Sequence record: SRR16203515_705
Strand: one strand, 5' to 3'
DNA: 20,000 bases
The notes beneath the pieces were generated by a model. It did no database searches. It was given only the letters and a program-made list of their open reading frames with translations, and had not been told where the DNA came from. The position numbers and the translations under genes are program-made. Below, piece after piece: positions 6,705-15,641 of the stretch. Positions within the stretch are counted from its first letter, which is position 1. Each line of letters opens with the position of its first letter.

Positions 6705-8449
6705 ATCGGAACGTATCCTGGATTGTTCTTGATACCTTTTACTTTAGGAACATTTGCCACAACGTCTTGAATCACTTTTTGGTCGCGCAAGTACTCCGCC
6801 AGGACGTCCCAAATATCAGGCAGCTCATCCGGCTGAGGATTCACACTGGCCCATCCCGCCACCTTGTAAAGACGAGAGGGATCGATCGGCTTTCCATTAA
6901 GTTCAAGATCAGACAAACGCTGCCCCATCGGTGCGGAAGGATTAATTGCGTAGCGTAATCCACCGATCCGAACCATGTCGCCGCCCATCTGGTAATAGGG
7001 ATCCGTATTGAAAAGATTGTCTGCGATATCCTCGAGAACCAGCTTGATGTTTTCGCCCGACAGCTCGTTAAGCGTCGATTTAGCATAAGTAATACCCGTC
7101 TGGTCCATGACTCGCTCGACCGTTATGTCATCTCCCGGAAGCAAACTCGTCCCCCATCTAAAACCGGGCGAGAACGCGATATCAGCACCGCGCACCTCCA
7201 TCAGTGCATCCACAATCACCTGATCAAAAGTACCGGTAAAGTTTCCCCGCCGATACAAAGTGGTCTCGGTTTTAGCCAAAACAGTCTCGAGCTGCTGTTT
7301 AAACGGTTCGCGCACACCCTCGATATACGCTGACATTTCCGGATCAGCGGGCAGCAAATTAGCAAATACAGGCAGCAGGCGATAGCGAAAATCAGCAACC
7401 TTCCCGTCGCGGACGTCAAGATCCATCACCGAGAGAAACTTGCTATTCGACCCTGAATTTGCAACTAACGTTTTGCCGCGAGCATTCTGAACCACACTCG
7501 GCAGCGGCATCCCATCATGCGTATGCCCACCCAGAATGACATCGATTCCCGTAACGCGACTGGCGAGCTTTAAATCAACGTCCATTCCATTGTGAGACAG
7601 AAGCACAACGACTTGTGCACCTTGGGCCCGAACCTCGTCAACCATCTGTTGACATTGCTCCTCTCGAATACCAAAACTCCAATCCTCAATTAAATATCGC
7701 GGGTTGGCCAGCGTGGTATACGGGAAAGCCTGACCAATAATGCCGACGGGAATGCCGTTCATTTCCCGGAGGGTATACGGCTTAAAAACCTGTCCTGACT
7801 CCTGATCAAAAGCCGGTTTATCGTCAAACGAAGCGTCTTCCGTCAACATAATATTCTGCGCGAGAAATTCAATAGGCGAGAGCTGTGTGTCTACGATCTC
7901 CCGTACACGATCAATGCCGTACGTGAACTCCCAATGACCAGTCATGATGTCAACACCCAGTAACTTGCAGGCTTCCACCATGTCCTGACCTTGCGTCCAC
8001 AGTGCGGTGGCAGAACCTTGCCAGGTATCGCCACCATCCATCAAAAGGCTGTTTGGACGTGAGGCCCTAAGCCGCTTCACCAATGTCGCCAGATGCGCAA
8101 ATCCACCGACCTTTCCGTATTTACGTGCGGCAGCCTCGAAGTCCAGGTAGGTAAAAGCATGCGCATTCGCAGAATGGGCAGGCACTTTAAAATGATTAAG
8201 AAAATGCTCGCCGACAACATGAGGCGGCTTGCCTAGCGCGTTGCCGATACCGATGTTGAAATTTGGCTCCCGAAAATACACGGGCATTAATTGCGCATGA
8301 CAGTCGGTAAAGTGTAAAAGGGAAAGATTGCCAAATGTCGGCAAATCGTAGTCGACACTCGCATCAGCAAATACTCGGCTATTTACCGCCATTCCCGCAG
8401 CACTTGCCATGGCAAGCAACCGCATGAACTCTCGTCGATTGATACCCAT
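6701..8449 (-). CDS. soxB: SoxB thiosulfohydrolase
   Basis: Tat signal NRREF. LLHFTDCHAQL, DGGDTWQGS, MTGHWEF and ILGGHTHD are metallophosphoesterase/5'-nucleotidase motifs. RBS GAGGAAGG before ATG 8449. Confidence 0.96.
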   Translation of the reverse strand: MGINRREFMRLLAMASAAGMAVNSRVFADASVDYDLPTFGNLSLLHFTDCHAQLMPVYFREPNFNIGIGNALGKPPHVVGEHFLNHFKVPAHSANAHAFTYLDFEAAARKYGKVGGFAHLATLVKRLRASRPNSLLMDGGDTWQGSATALWTQGQDMVEACKLLGVDIMTGHWEFTYGIDRVREIVDTQLSPIEFLAQNIMLTEDASFDDKPAFDQESGQVFKPYTLREMNGIPVGIIGQAFPYTTLANPRYLIEDWSFGIREEQCQQMVDEVRAQGAQVVVLLSHNGMDVDLKLASRVTGIDVILGGHTHDGMPLPSVVQNARGKTLVANSGSNSKFLSVMDLDVRDGKVADFRYRLLPVFANLLPADPEMSAYIEGVREPFKQQLETVLAKTETTLYRRGNFTGTFDQVIVDALMEVRGADIAFSPGFRWGTSLLPGDDITVERVMDQTGITYAKSTLNELSGENIKLVLEDIADNLFNTDPYYQMGGDMVRIGGLRYAINPSAPMGQRLSDLELNGKPIDPSRLYKVAGWASVNPQPDELPDIWDVLAEYLRDQKVIQDVVANVPKVKGIKNNPGYVPI

Positions 8450-8498
8450 ATCAGCCTTCCTCTCGAGATGATCAGTATTTAAAAGGAGTTTTAGAGAC

Positions 8499-8529
8499 AA
8501 AAAAACCCGGCTCACTCGCCAGGTTTTTT
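8499..8529 (-). terminator. Intrinsic terminator-like hairpin between soxA and soxB
   Basis: Minus strand reads CCTGGC-GAGTGA-GCCGGG followed by T7 (6-bp stem with one G-U pair). Confidence 0.6.
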
Positions 8530-8535
8530 AACCCA

Positions 8536-8567
8536 TGATGCCGAAGCGATTGATCGCTTCGGCATCA
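8536..8567. repeat. Perfect 15-bp inverted repeat downstream of soxA
   Basis: TGATGCCGAAGCGAT-TG-ATCGCTTCGGCATCA, with no adjacent U-tract. Confidence 0.85.
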
Positions 8568-8583
8568 AGCTAAATGAGAGAAA

Positions 8584-9438
8584 TTACTGACGCAGACTCG
8601 GCACCTTTAATGGAATGCCGGTATTCATCACAGACTCATAAAACTCTAACGCCTTGTACTCCTCGCCCTGTGCCTTAAAGGGATGCGCGCGAACTTGCTT
8701 GGTACAGCCGCCATAACGGCGATGAATTGTGCCCCAGGGTTTGCCCGCAACCTGCCACTTCGTACGCCATACCGGAAAGCCGACGCCGTGACCAAGACCC
8801 GCACTTAACACATCGCCACGAACGCTGTTACCGGAGTTATGGACATGACAATCCGCACATGAAAAATTTAACTGGCCGCGTTTTGCCCAATAAATCTGTC
8901 GTCCCTTGGCATACCAATCCTGAGCGCCCGGATCAGAGTAATCAACCGCCATTCGCTCGCCATTAAACTGCGACTTGTAATGAGCGACCAATCTGGCCAT
9001 CTTGCCACGCTTAACGTTCTTGATGACTTCTTCGCCGTTGGCTTTCAAACACGCGTTGATATCGCCTTCGATAGTGCGCAAATCCCCGCTAGCCGCGTCA
9101 AACACCGGATAGGTATTACCCGGTGCCAGGTCACAATCGGCAAGCGACTTTCCATTCGCAAATGGCGCGCTCCACTCAGTAGCTGCCTTGTCCATCTCGG
9201 GCTCATACTGAGGAAAATCCATATTGATTTCCCAGTTCGCGCGTCGCGCGGCATATTGCGGCAACGCGTTTACCCCGTCTTGGAAATCATCAAGGGTCAG
9301 TCCCGGAAAACGTTTCAGAAAAAATCCCTGAAACTCCTCGATATCTTTTGAGATTTCCGCCTCAGAGATCGCTTGAACGGCTGACGCCCCTGTCATCGCG
9401 ATACCCGCTGCTAGGGATAGCATTAATAGTCTTTTCAT
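8584..9438 (-). CDS. soxA: SoxA, monoheme cytochrome c subunit of SoxAX
   Basis: Sec signal peptide, KRGQLNFSCADCH heme motif, active-site RRYGGCTKQVRA. Confidence 0.95.
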   Translation of the reverse strand: MKRLLMLSLAAGIAMTGASAVQAISEAEISKDIEEFQGFFLKRFPGLTLDDFQDGVNALPQYAARRANWEINMDFPQYEPEMDKAATEWSAPFANGKSLADCDLAPGNTYPVFDAASGDLRTIEGDINACLKANGEEVIKNVKRGKMARLVAHYKSQFNGERMAVDYSDPGAQDWYAKGRQIYWAKRGQLNFSCADCHVHNSGNSVRGDVLSAGLGHGVGFPVWRTKWQVAGKPWGTIHRRYGGCTKQVRAHPFKAQGEEYKALEFYESVMNTGIPLKVPSLRQ

Positions 9439-9502
9439 TTGTTCGACTCTCCTTTTAGTGTCGATGCCTTAGGGCCTGACCGCCCTAGCGCAGGCAAATC
9501 AA

Positions 9503-9817
9503 TTACGATACCGTTTTTTCCGCGCTGTCTGATTCGCCCATGTTGTCTACCCAGCTTACCGTGATCGTATCGCCAGATTTGGAATTAGCCAGATGAATAC
9601 TAATCAGGGGATTTGTGGAAACGCCTGTCCCGAGATCCGCTTGCGCAACTGCTGTTCCGTTAAGCGCGAACTCCATGGTTTTAATAAAATGTGCGGGAAT
9701 CTTTTCCCCCGTTTTTTTATCTTTCCGAAGACCGGTTTCCATGGGATGCTTGGCGAGGACCATCACATCATGGCCGCCCTCAGCGCTCTTTTTAATTTTC
9801 ATTTTGGTCGATGCCAT
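9503..9817 (-). CDS. soxZ: SoxZ
   Basis: HPMETGLRKD...IPAHFI, VSTNP and SWVDNMG motifs. Confidence 0.96.
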   Translation of the reverse strand: MASTKMKIKKSAEGGHDVMVLAKHPMETGLRKDKKTGEKIPAHFIKTMEFALNGTAVAQADLGTGVSTNPLISIHLANSKSGDTITVSWVDNMGESDSAEKTVS

Positions 9818-9848
9818 TATTTACTCTCCTACTGAATACTGTGAGGGA

Positions 9849-10319
9849 TTAGCCGCCGCAACCGCCGACCGTAACTTTAATTTCTTGGGAGGTCATGTAA
9901 ATCTTGCCGCCCGCTTTCACGTAGCAATTTACCGGTGAAGTCTGTCCCATCTTGATGCGCGCGCTGTACATTGCGCCGGCACCACCGCCCATCACCTCTA
10001 GACCTGTTGTAAAAGGAGCTGGATTTTTCACAACAATCACACCGATTGATTCCACATTGGCGAGGGACGTCATCACCTTAATCGGGACAACCGCGCCATT
10101 TTCGGCCTGCAGCGGTGCTTTTAATGATACTTCGTCACTTTCAACTACGTCGGATGATCCGAAGAAAGCTTCGAGCGCCTCGGCTTCGGGGCGCGGTCCA
10201 AACGCACTCTCCGGCCAAGCTGCGGCCAAAACTCGAGTTGGGCTCAACAGGCCCGCGCCCGCAGCCACGGCAAGCGTGCTGGCGGCTACTGATCCTTTCA
10301 GAAATATTCTTCGTTTCAT
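9849..10319 (-). CDS. soxY: SoxY sulfur carrier
   Basis: Tat signal KRRIFLK, AENGAVVP and C-terminal KVTVGGCGG swinging arm. Confidence 0.97.
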   Translation of the reverse strand: MKRRIFLKGSVAASTLAVAAGAGLLSPTRVLAAAWPESAFGPRPEAEALEAFFGSSDVVESDEVSLKAPLQAENGAVVPIKVMTSLANVESIGVIVVKNPAPFTTGLEVMGGGAGAMYSARIKMGQTSPVNCYVKAGGKIYMTSQEIKVTVGGCGG

Positions 10320-10395
10320 AATTTATCTCTTCCTCAATTTTTAAACTATTTCAAATAGTAGATCGTGATTTAAAACCGTACCGGTAAAACCGCTA

Positions 10396-10821
10396 CTAAA
10401 TTGATAGCAACCAATCAACAAGATTGTCGATATCTTGCTCACTAATCAACTTGTGCTTTCCAAAAGGCGGCATGGACGTGTTCGGATTTTTAACCGTTGG
10501 ATCCCAAATCTGCGCCCTGAGATCCTCGCGATTCGGATAACGCGCTTTCATTGCCACGAGCGGAGGCGCAATATTGCCGCCCGTTGGAAAACCTTCAGGC
10601 CAGGGGCTCACCATAGCCTGATGACAGGCCAAGCAATTACCTCCACGTCGATTCACCGCAACGCACCATCCTTTAATGACGCTGTCGGCATCTTTTGCCA
10701 CCTTTTTACACTCTTTATCAGTCGGCCATTCTCCCGCCTGGGCGACTGGGCTAACGCCAACAGTTAAGATCATTGATACCGCTGCCGCGAAAGCAAGCAA
10801 ACCTGTCTTCAATCTACGCAT
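10396..10821 (-). CDS. soxX: SoxX cytochrome c
   Basis: GNCLACH, GNIAPPLVAMKARYP and TSMPPFGKH motifs. RBS GGAGGAG before ATG 10821. Confidence 0.95.
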   Translation of the reverse strand: MRRLKTGLLAFAAAVSMILTVGVSPVAQAGEWPTDKECKKVAKDADSVIKGWCVAVNRRGGNCLACHQAMVSPWPEGFPTGGNIAPPLVAMKARYPNREDLRAQIWDPTVKNPNTSMPPFGKHKLISEQDIDNLVDWLLSI

Positions 10822-11064
10822 TTTTCTCCTCCAGTTACTCCGCTTCGCAGTCATGCGGCCTACAAGCGGTTCGTTGCGATCTAGTTAGCATGCTTCATTA
10901 AGCTTCGATATAGATCATTTCATCGACAGAATCTATCGGCATTTTTACCCAAAAAGCATGGATCTCGCAAGCCTGTTAATTGCCCCTTTAGCTGTATAGG
11001 ATTTTGAAAGCCGAATAGATCTTTTATTAAAACTGCCTTCCGATCTCTCTTTTTGAAATAAACG

Positions 11065-12519
11065 CTACGGCTTTGATGGCTGCAACGCCTCTAACTCACT
11101 GATTTTTGAAGTAATACTGGCTTCTAAGTAGGCATTATCTGAAACGAGCGTACTGGCGTGCTGAAGCGCCCCGATCGCTCTGCTGACCTCATCCTGAAGA
11201 AAATAATATTCCGCCAGCGCCTGAAAAGATTGCGGCAGGTTGCCGGCCTCTCCTTCCACTCTTGCCATCAGTCGGTAAAGAAAAGCGTTTGATGGCGCGG
11301 CACGAATCGCACGGCGAAGGACTTTGCGTGACACCTCAAAACGACCTGCTTTCATCAACGCATCCGCAAAATAGTAGGCCACAACCGTTGATTCAGGCGT
11401 CTCAAGTGCCAGGGTCTCGAGGTGGCTAACGGCATCCTCTACCTGCCCACTTTGAAGCAATGCGTCTGCCAACGCCAGACGATAAGAAACATCTCCGGGA
11501 AAATCTCGATGCAGATCTGAGGCCAACTTAATGGCTTCGTCATAATTGCCAAATCGGATCAAAGTCAGCACCTGGCCATAACGGGCTGCTCGCGCGTCTA
11601 TGGTCACCGTTGAGTCAAGATGATGGGTAAAATTCGCGAGCACGCTATCCGCGCCCCCCGCACCATAAAGCGCTTGAATGCGCACTCGCGCATGATAGAA
11701 GTCAAGCGAGGGTGGCTCAGCAAAATCTGGATACTGCCGAATCCGAGACTCAACAAGCGCGATGCGGTTCTGAGTCAGGGGGTGGGTTCTCAAATATTCT
11801 GGTGCGCCAGACGATTGCAATCGGGTCTCCTGATCCAAGCGCTTTAGAAACTGAATAGTGGCAGAGGCCGGATAACCGGCATCGGTCAAAATTCTCAAGC
11901 CTAGGACGTCGGCTTCACGCTCATACTCTCGGTTGTAGTTCAGTTGATCCGCAACCGCCGCACCACTCGTTGCGGCCATTGCAGCGGCGCCAACTTGCCC
12001 GCCGAGTAAAATTCCGGCCAGCATCGCCGCGGTTGTCGGCAGTTTTCGCTGGCGCGATCGTTCCATCATTCGAGGTAGATGTCGCTGGGCCACGTGCCCC
12101 AATTCGTGTGCAATCACGGACGCCAGCTCCGCCTCAGTCTGGGTCGCAGTTACAAGGCCTGTGAATACAGCCATTCGACTGCCCGGACCGGCGAAAGCAT
12201 TCACCATCGGACTGTCGATCAAAAAAAAGCGAAGGCTGTCCGTATCGCCCACAAGACCCCGTGACAGCCTCTGGCCCAGCGCGCTCACATATTCCGTGAG
12301 GAGCGGATCATCAATGAAAACAAGCTGTTTACGTGCAGCCGCGATGAATTCCCGACCCATCGCCTGCTCTTCCGGCGAGGTCATAATGCCAGACTGGAGA
12401 CTGCCCAAGGGCGAATCTTGCTCAGCACTGCCAGCCCCGCAAAATAAGGCTAAGGACAGGCTTAGGCACGCCATCGAAGTCTTTAGGGTAAGGTGTCGAG
12501 CTGCTCTGGTCATATTCAC
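11065..12519 (-). CDS. bepA: BepA/YfgC-like M48 metalloprotease with TPR repeats
   Basis: Signal peptide, VNAFAGPG, ELASVIAHELGHVAQRH (HExxH), EREAD, EYLRTHP and a TPR-like C-terminus. Confidence 0.88.
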   Translation of the reverse strand: MNMTRAARHLTLKTSMACLSLSLALFCGAGSAEQDSPLGSLQSGIMTSPEEQAMGREFIAAARKQLVFIDDPLLTEYVSALGQRLSRGLVGDTDSLRFFLIDSPMVNAFAGPGSRMAVFTGLVTATQTEAELASVIAHELGHVAQRHLPRMMERSRQRKLPTTAAMLAGILLGGQVGAAAMAATSGAAVADQLNYNREYEREADVLGLRILTDAGYPASATIQFLKRLDQETRLQSSGAPEYLRTHPLTQNRIALVESRIRQYPDFAEPPSLDFYHARVRIQALYGAGGADSVLANFTHHLDSTVTIDARAARYGQVLTLIRFGNYDEAIKLASDLHRDFPGDVSYRLALADALLQSGQVEDAVSHLETLALETPESTVVAYYFADALMKAGRFEVSRKVLRRAIRAAPSNAFLYRLMARVEGEAGNLPQSFQALAEYYFLQDEVSRAIGALQHASTLVSDNAYLEASITSKISELEALQPSKP

Positions 12520-12656
12520 TCCCTAAGTTTATCAGTCACTTTTGCGATTGCTGATTGGATTCATCGTTCCCCGAAGATAAAATTACGCAGCGCGAGTTGG
12601 AATCCTGCCACTCGGCGATGATCAGCAAAAACACGGTGCCACCCCCGGAGAAGGTA

Positions 12657-13922
12657 ATGTTGCAAAAAATGAGCAAAGATGACCTTACGAATCGAGAGAT
12701 TGAATTGCGTAACCAATTCAACGCGGCTTGTCAGGCGGGACTAAAACTTGATATGACCCGGGGGAAACCATCGCCCGAACAGTTGGATCTCGCTAACCCA
12801 ATGCTATCGCTACCCGGAGATGGGGTATTTACAGATTCGCACGGCGTGGACTGCCGGAACTATGGCGGCATTGACGGACTGCCGCAGATGAAAGCGCTTT
12901 TCGCTGATATCCTCGGTTGCGAACCCCAAGATGTCATTGTCAGCGGCAACAGCAGTTTGACGATGATGTATGACGCGGTTGCTCGCGCAGTCCTATTCGG
13001 TGTCCCCGGCGGCGAACAGCCCTGGAGTCAACAGGGCACAGTTCGATTTCTCTGTCCAGCGCCGGGATATGACCGGCATTTTGAAATTACGTCTCATTTG
13101 GGTTTCGAGTTGCTCAATGTTGAATTGACTGACGCGGGTCCTGATATGGATCGGGTCGAGATGCTTGCCGCGGATCACGCCGTAAAAGGCATCTGGTGTG
13201 TCCCTCGCTACAGCAATCCGACCGGAATTACCTATACCGATGCGGTTGCGAGACGTTTAGCAACGATGAATGCCGCGCCAGACTTTCGGATCTTTTGGGA
13301 TAACGCTTATGCCGAACACCATTTAACAGACGAGCGTCAGGCGGTTCCCGATATTCTGCAAGCCTGTCGTGACGCGGGTCACCCCGACCGGGTTCTGATG
13401 TTCACATCAACATCTAAAATGACAATGGCAGGTGCGGGTGTATCAGCAATGGCCGCAAGCCCGGACAATATTAATGATGCGCGGCGTCATCTTTCAATCC
13501 AAACCATCGGTCCCGACAAACTGAATCAACTGCGTCATCTCAATTTTTTCAAAAACATCGAGGGTCTCCGAGCCCACATGGCGCGGATCAGTGAGATCCT
13601 GAAACCCAAGTTTGACTTGGTCAATGAACTTCTTGAGCGCAACCTCGGTGGAAAAGGTATTGCGACATGGTCTCAGCCGAAGGGCGGCTACTTCGTTAAT
13701 GTCAACGCGCCTGATGACTGCGCTCGAACCATCATTGATATGGCTGAAAAAGCCGGTGTCAAACTTACGCCCGCCGGCGCGCCGTTTGCTTATGGACTCG
13801 ATCCACAAAATCGGGTGATTCGGCTGGCGCCGAGTTTCCCGCCGTTGGAGGATATTCGACAGGCGATGGAGATTTTCACGCTTTGCGTCGAACTGGCAGC
13901 AGTCCGAAAAGCCTTAAATTAG
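12657..13922 (+). CDS. PLP-dependent aminotransferase class I/II (Corynebacterium AspAT-like)
   Basis: LDMTRGKPSPEQLDL, PGYDRHF, YSNPTG, WDNAY and FTSTSK (PLP lysine). GGAG upstream of ATG 12657; start uncertain. Confidence 0.88.
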   Translation: MLQKMSKDDLTNREIELRNQFNAACQAGLKLDMTRGKPSPEQLDLANPMLSLPGDGVFTDSHGVDCRNYGGIDGLPQMKALFADILGCEPQDVIVSGNSSLTMMYDAVARAVLFGVPGGEQPWSQQGTVRFLCPAPGYDRHFEITSHLGFELLNVELTDAGPDMDRVEMLAADHAVKGIWCVPRYSNPTGITYTDAVARRLATMNAAPDFRIFWDNAYAEHHLTDERQAVPDILQACRDAGHPDRVLMFTSTSKMTMAGAGVSAMAASPDNINDARRHLSIQTIGPDKLNQLRHLNFFKNIEGLRAHMARISEILKPKFDLVNELLERNLGGKGIATWSQPKGGYFVNVNAPDDCARTIIDMAEKAGVKLTPAGAPFAYGLDPQNRVIRLAPSFPPLEDIRQAMEIFTLCVELAAVRKALN

Positions 13923-14130
13923 AAATTTTTGCGCTTTTTAGAGTTTATTTTTATATTTTAAAATTTGATTAACTTCTAATATACTATTTATAAATAAAAG
14001 GTCTAACCCCCCGTTAGGGTGATTACAACCGTCAACAACGGTGAGTAAAAAGGCTAACGAGAAAAATGTTTTGTTCTTTACGTCCCGTCGACGTTGTCAA
14101 AAAATTTAATTAATCAAGAGGAGAAAAATT
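13923..14130 (+). promoter_or_regulatory. AT-rich promoter/leader of tusA-dsrE2
   Basis: Very AT-rich 208-bp gap with palindrome TATTTATAAATA (13985-13996) and RBS GAGGAG before ATG 14131. Confidence 0.5.
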
Positions 14131-14364
14131 ATGTCCGAGACCGATCAGGAATTAGATGCGCGGGGACTCAACTGCCCTTTACCTATCCTGCGGGCCAAGA
14201 AAACACTCAATGGCATGAGTGCCGGCGAGTTATTGAAAATCATTGCCACTGATCCCGGCTCTGTTAAAGATTTTCAGGCCTTCGCCACCCAAACGGGAAA
14301 CGAGCTGATGTCGTCATCTGAAGAAAATGGCGAATTTCATTTTCTATTGAAGAAAGGCGGCTAA
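14131..14364 (+). CDS. tusA: TusA sulfurtransferase
   Basis: LDARGLNCPLPIL (CPxP) and ATDPGSVKDF motifs. Confidence 0.95.
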   Translation: MSETDQELDARGLNCPLPILRAKKTLNGMSAGELLKIIATDPGSVKDFQAFATQTGNELMSSSEENGEFHFLLKKGG

Positions 14365-14415
14365 AACGCCTGCCGGCAATAAAGCAATGAAACCATAACC
14401 CGAAGGAGGCCATGA

Positions 14416-14895
14416 ATGACCGATAAAAGTATGACAATTATCGCGACCAAGGGCACCTTAGACTGGGCCTATCCGCCATTTATTCTATCGTCAACAGCCG
14501 CGGCGCTCGGTTACAACGTCACAATGTTTTTCACCTTCTACGGCCTTCAGTTGCTCAAAAAAGACCTGAGTCTTTCGGTCAGTCCCCTGGGTAATCCGGG
14601 TATGCCCATGCCCATGTCCATGGACAAATGGTTTCCGGTACTCGGTACCGCCATTCCCGGCATGCAGGCGATGATGACCGGAATGATGAAAAACACAATC
14701 AAGTCTAAGGGGGTGGCGAGCGTTGCCGAACTTCGTGACCTGTGCATAGAAGCCGATGTAAAAATGATCGGCTGTCAGATGACCATTGATCTTTTTGATT
14801 TAAACCCAAAAGATCTGATTGACGAAATTGATCTAGGCGGCGCCGCAACCTATTTAGACCATGCAGGCGGATCGGACATCAACTTATTTATTTAA
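14416..14895 (+). CDS. dsrE2: DsrE2-type sulfurtransferase (DsrE/DsrF/DrsH-like)
   Basis: TKGTLDWAYPPFIL, FFTFYGL and GCQMTIDLF motifs. Directly follows tusA, as in the rhd-tusA-dsrE2 arrangement. Confidence 0.88.
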   Translation: MTDKSMTIIATKGTLDWAYPPFILSSTAAALGYNVTMFFTFYGLQLLKKDLSLSVSPLGNPGMPMPMSMDKWFPVLGTAIPGMQAMMTGMMKNTIKSKGVASVAELRDLCIEADVKMIGCQMTIDLFDLNPKDLIDEIDLGGAATYLDHAGGSDINLFI

Positions 14896-14911
14896 GATGA
14901 CCAAGCTCCTC

Positions 14912-14940
14912 AAAAAAGGCGCCTTTCAGGCGCCTTTTTT
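14912..14940. terminator. Bidirectional intrinsic terminator
   Basis: AAAAAA-GGCGCC-TTTCA-GGCGCC-TTTTTT between convergent genes. Confidence 0.9.
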
Positions 14941-14962
14941 GCTGATTCCCTCTAAAGCCGGG

Positions 14963-15544
14963 TCAGGAGAAACAAATCCAGGTGGTAGCAATATATTTGT
15001 GATGACTCTGAACTTTTTGCCCCTGATGGAGATGTGTCCAAAACGGAGGAAACAACAAAAGGGTGCCCGTCTCGGGTCTGACACTCACATCCTGATGAAA
15101 AAATTCAGTTTGACCCTCCCCATCGGGCAGTGAATTCAGATACCAAATAGCGACGAGCTGTCGCTGACTCAGCGGGCCAGGACCTGCGTCTACGTGCCAT
15201 TGGTAAAACTCCCCTTTAGCCGTACGCTGCAGTTGATATCCCATGTCTTTGAATTTATTCGACGCAAAAAATGGGTGCAGCCCACTTAGCAAAGACAGGC
15301 CGAGCTTCAACGACTCGAACAATGCGCCGTCAACATCCTGCCACTCGGGTCGCCCCGAAATTCGAAGATCCGTTGACTGTTTAATCGATAGATCAAGCGC
15401 GGCATCCGGACCGATGAGGCCCCGCTGATGATGTGGGGATGCCTCAAAACGATTCACAATATCCGCACAACAATCAGAATCCAGCGCATCAGGTAAACAG
15501 TAGATAAAACTGCCGGGCTTTAATTCCCGGAACGCTCCGGTCAT
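14963..15544 (-). CDS. 2OG-Fe(II) oxygenase (prolyl-4-hydroxylase-like)
   Basis: YQWHVD (HxD), IWYLN, GQTEF, LLLFPPFWTHLHQG and KYIATTW. Start is ATG 15544 or GTG 15556. Confidence 0.88.
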   Translation of the reverse strand: MTGAFRELKPGSFIYCLPDALDSDCCADIVNRFEASPHHQRGLIGPDAALDLSIKQSTDLRISGRPEWQDVDGALFESLKLGLSLLSGLHPFFASNKFKDMGYQLQRTAKGEFYQWHVDAGPGPLSQRQLVAIWYLNSLPDGEGQTEFFHQDVSVRPETGTLLLFPPFWTHLHQGQKVQSHHKYIATTWICFS

Positions 15545-15641
15545 GATTTCGCCCACCCATAATGATCAATAAATTCGAATGGTGAACCCACCGGAAAATA
15601 GAGCAGCCGAACACTGTCCATCCTGAAGCGAAGGTTCATGC

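Noticed and set aside
13923-14000. AT-rich patch as a mobile element or foreign DNA
   Set aside because: Short, with no transposase, terminal repeats or target duplication; consistent with a promoter region.
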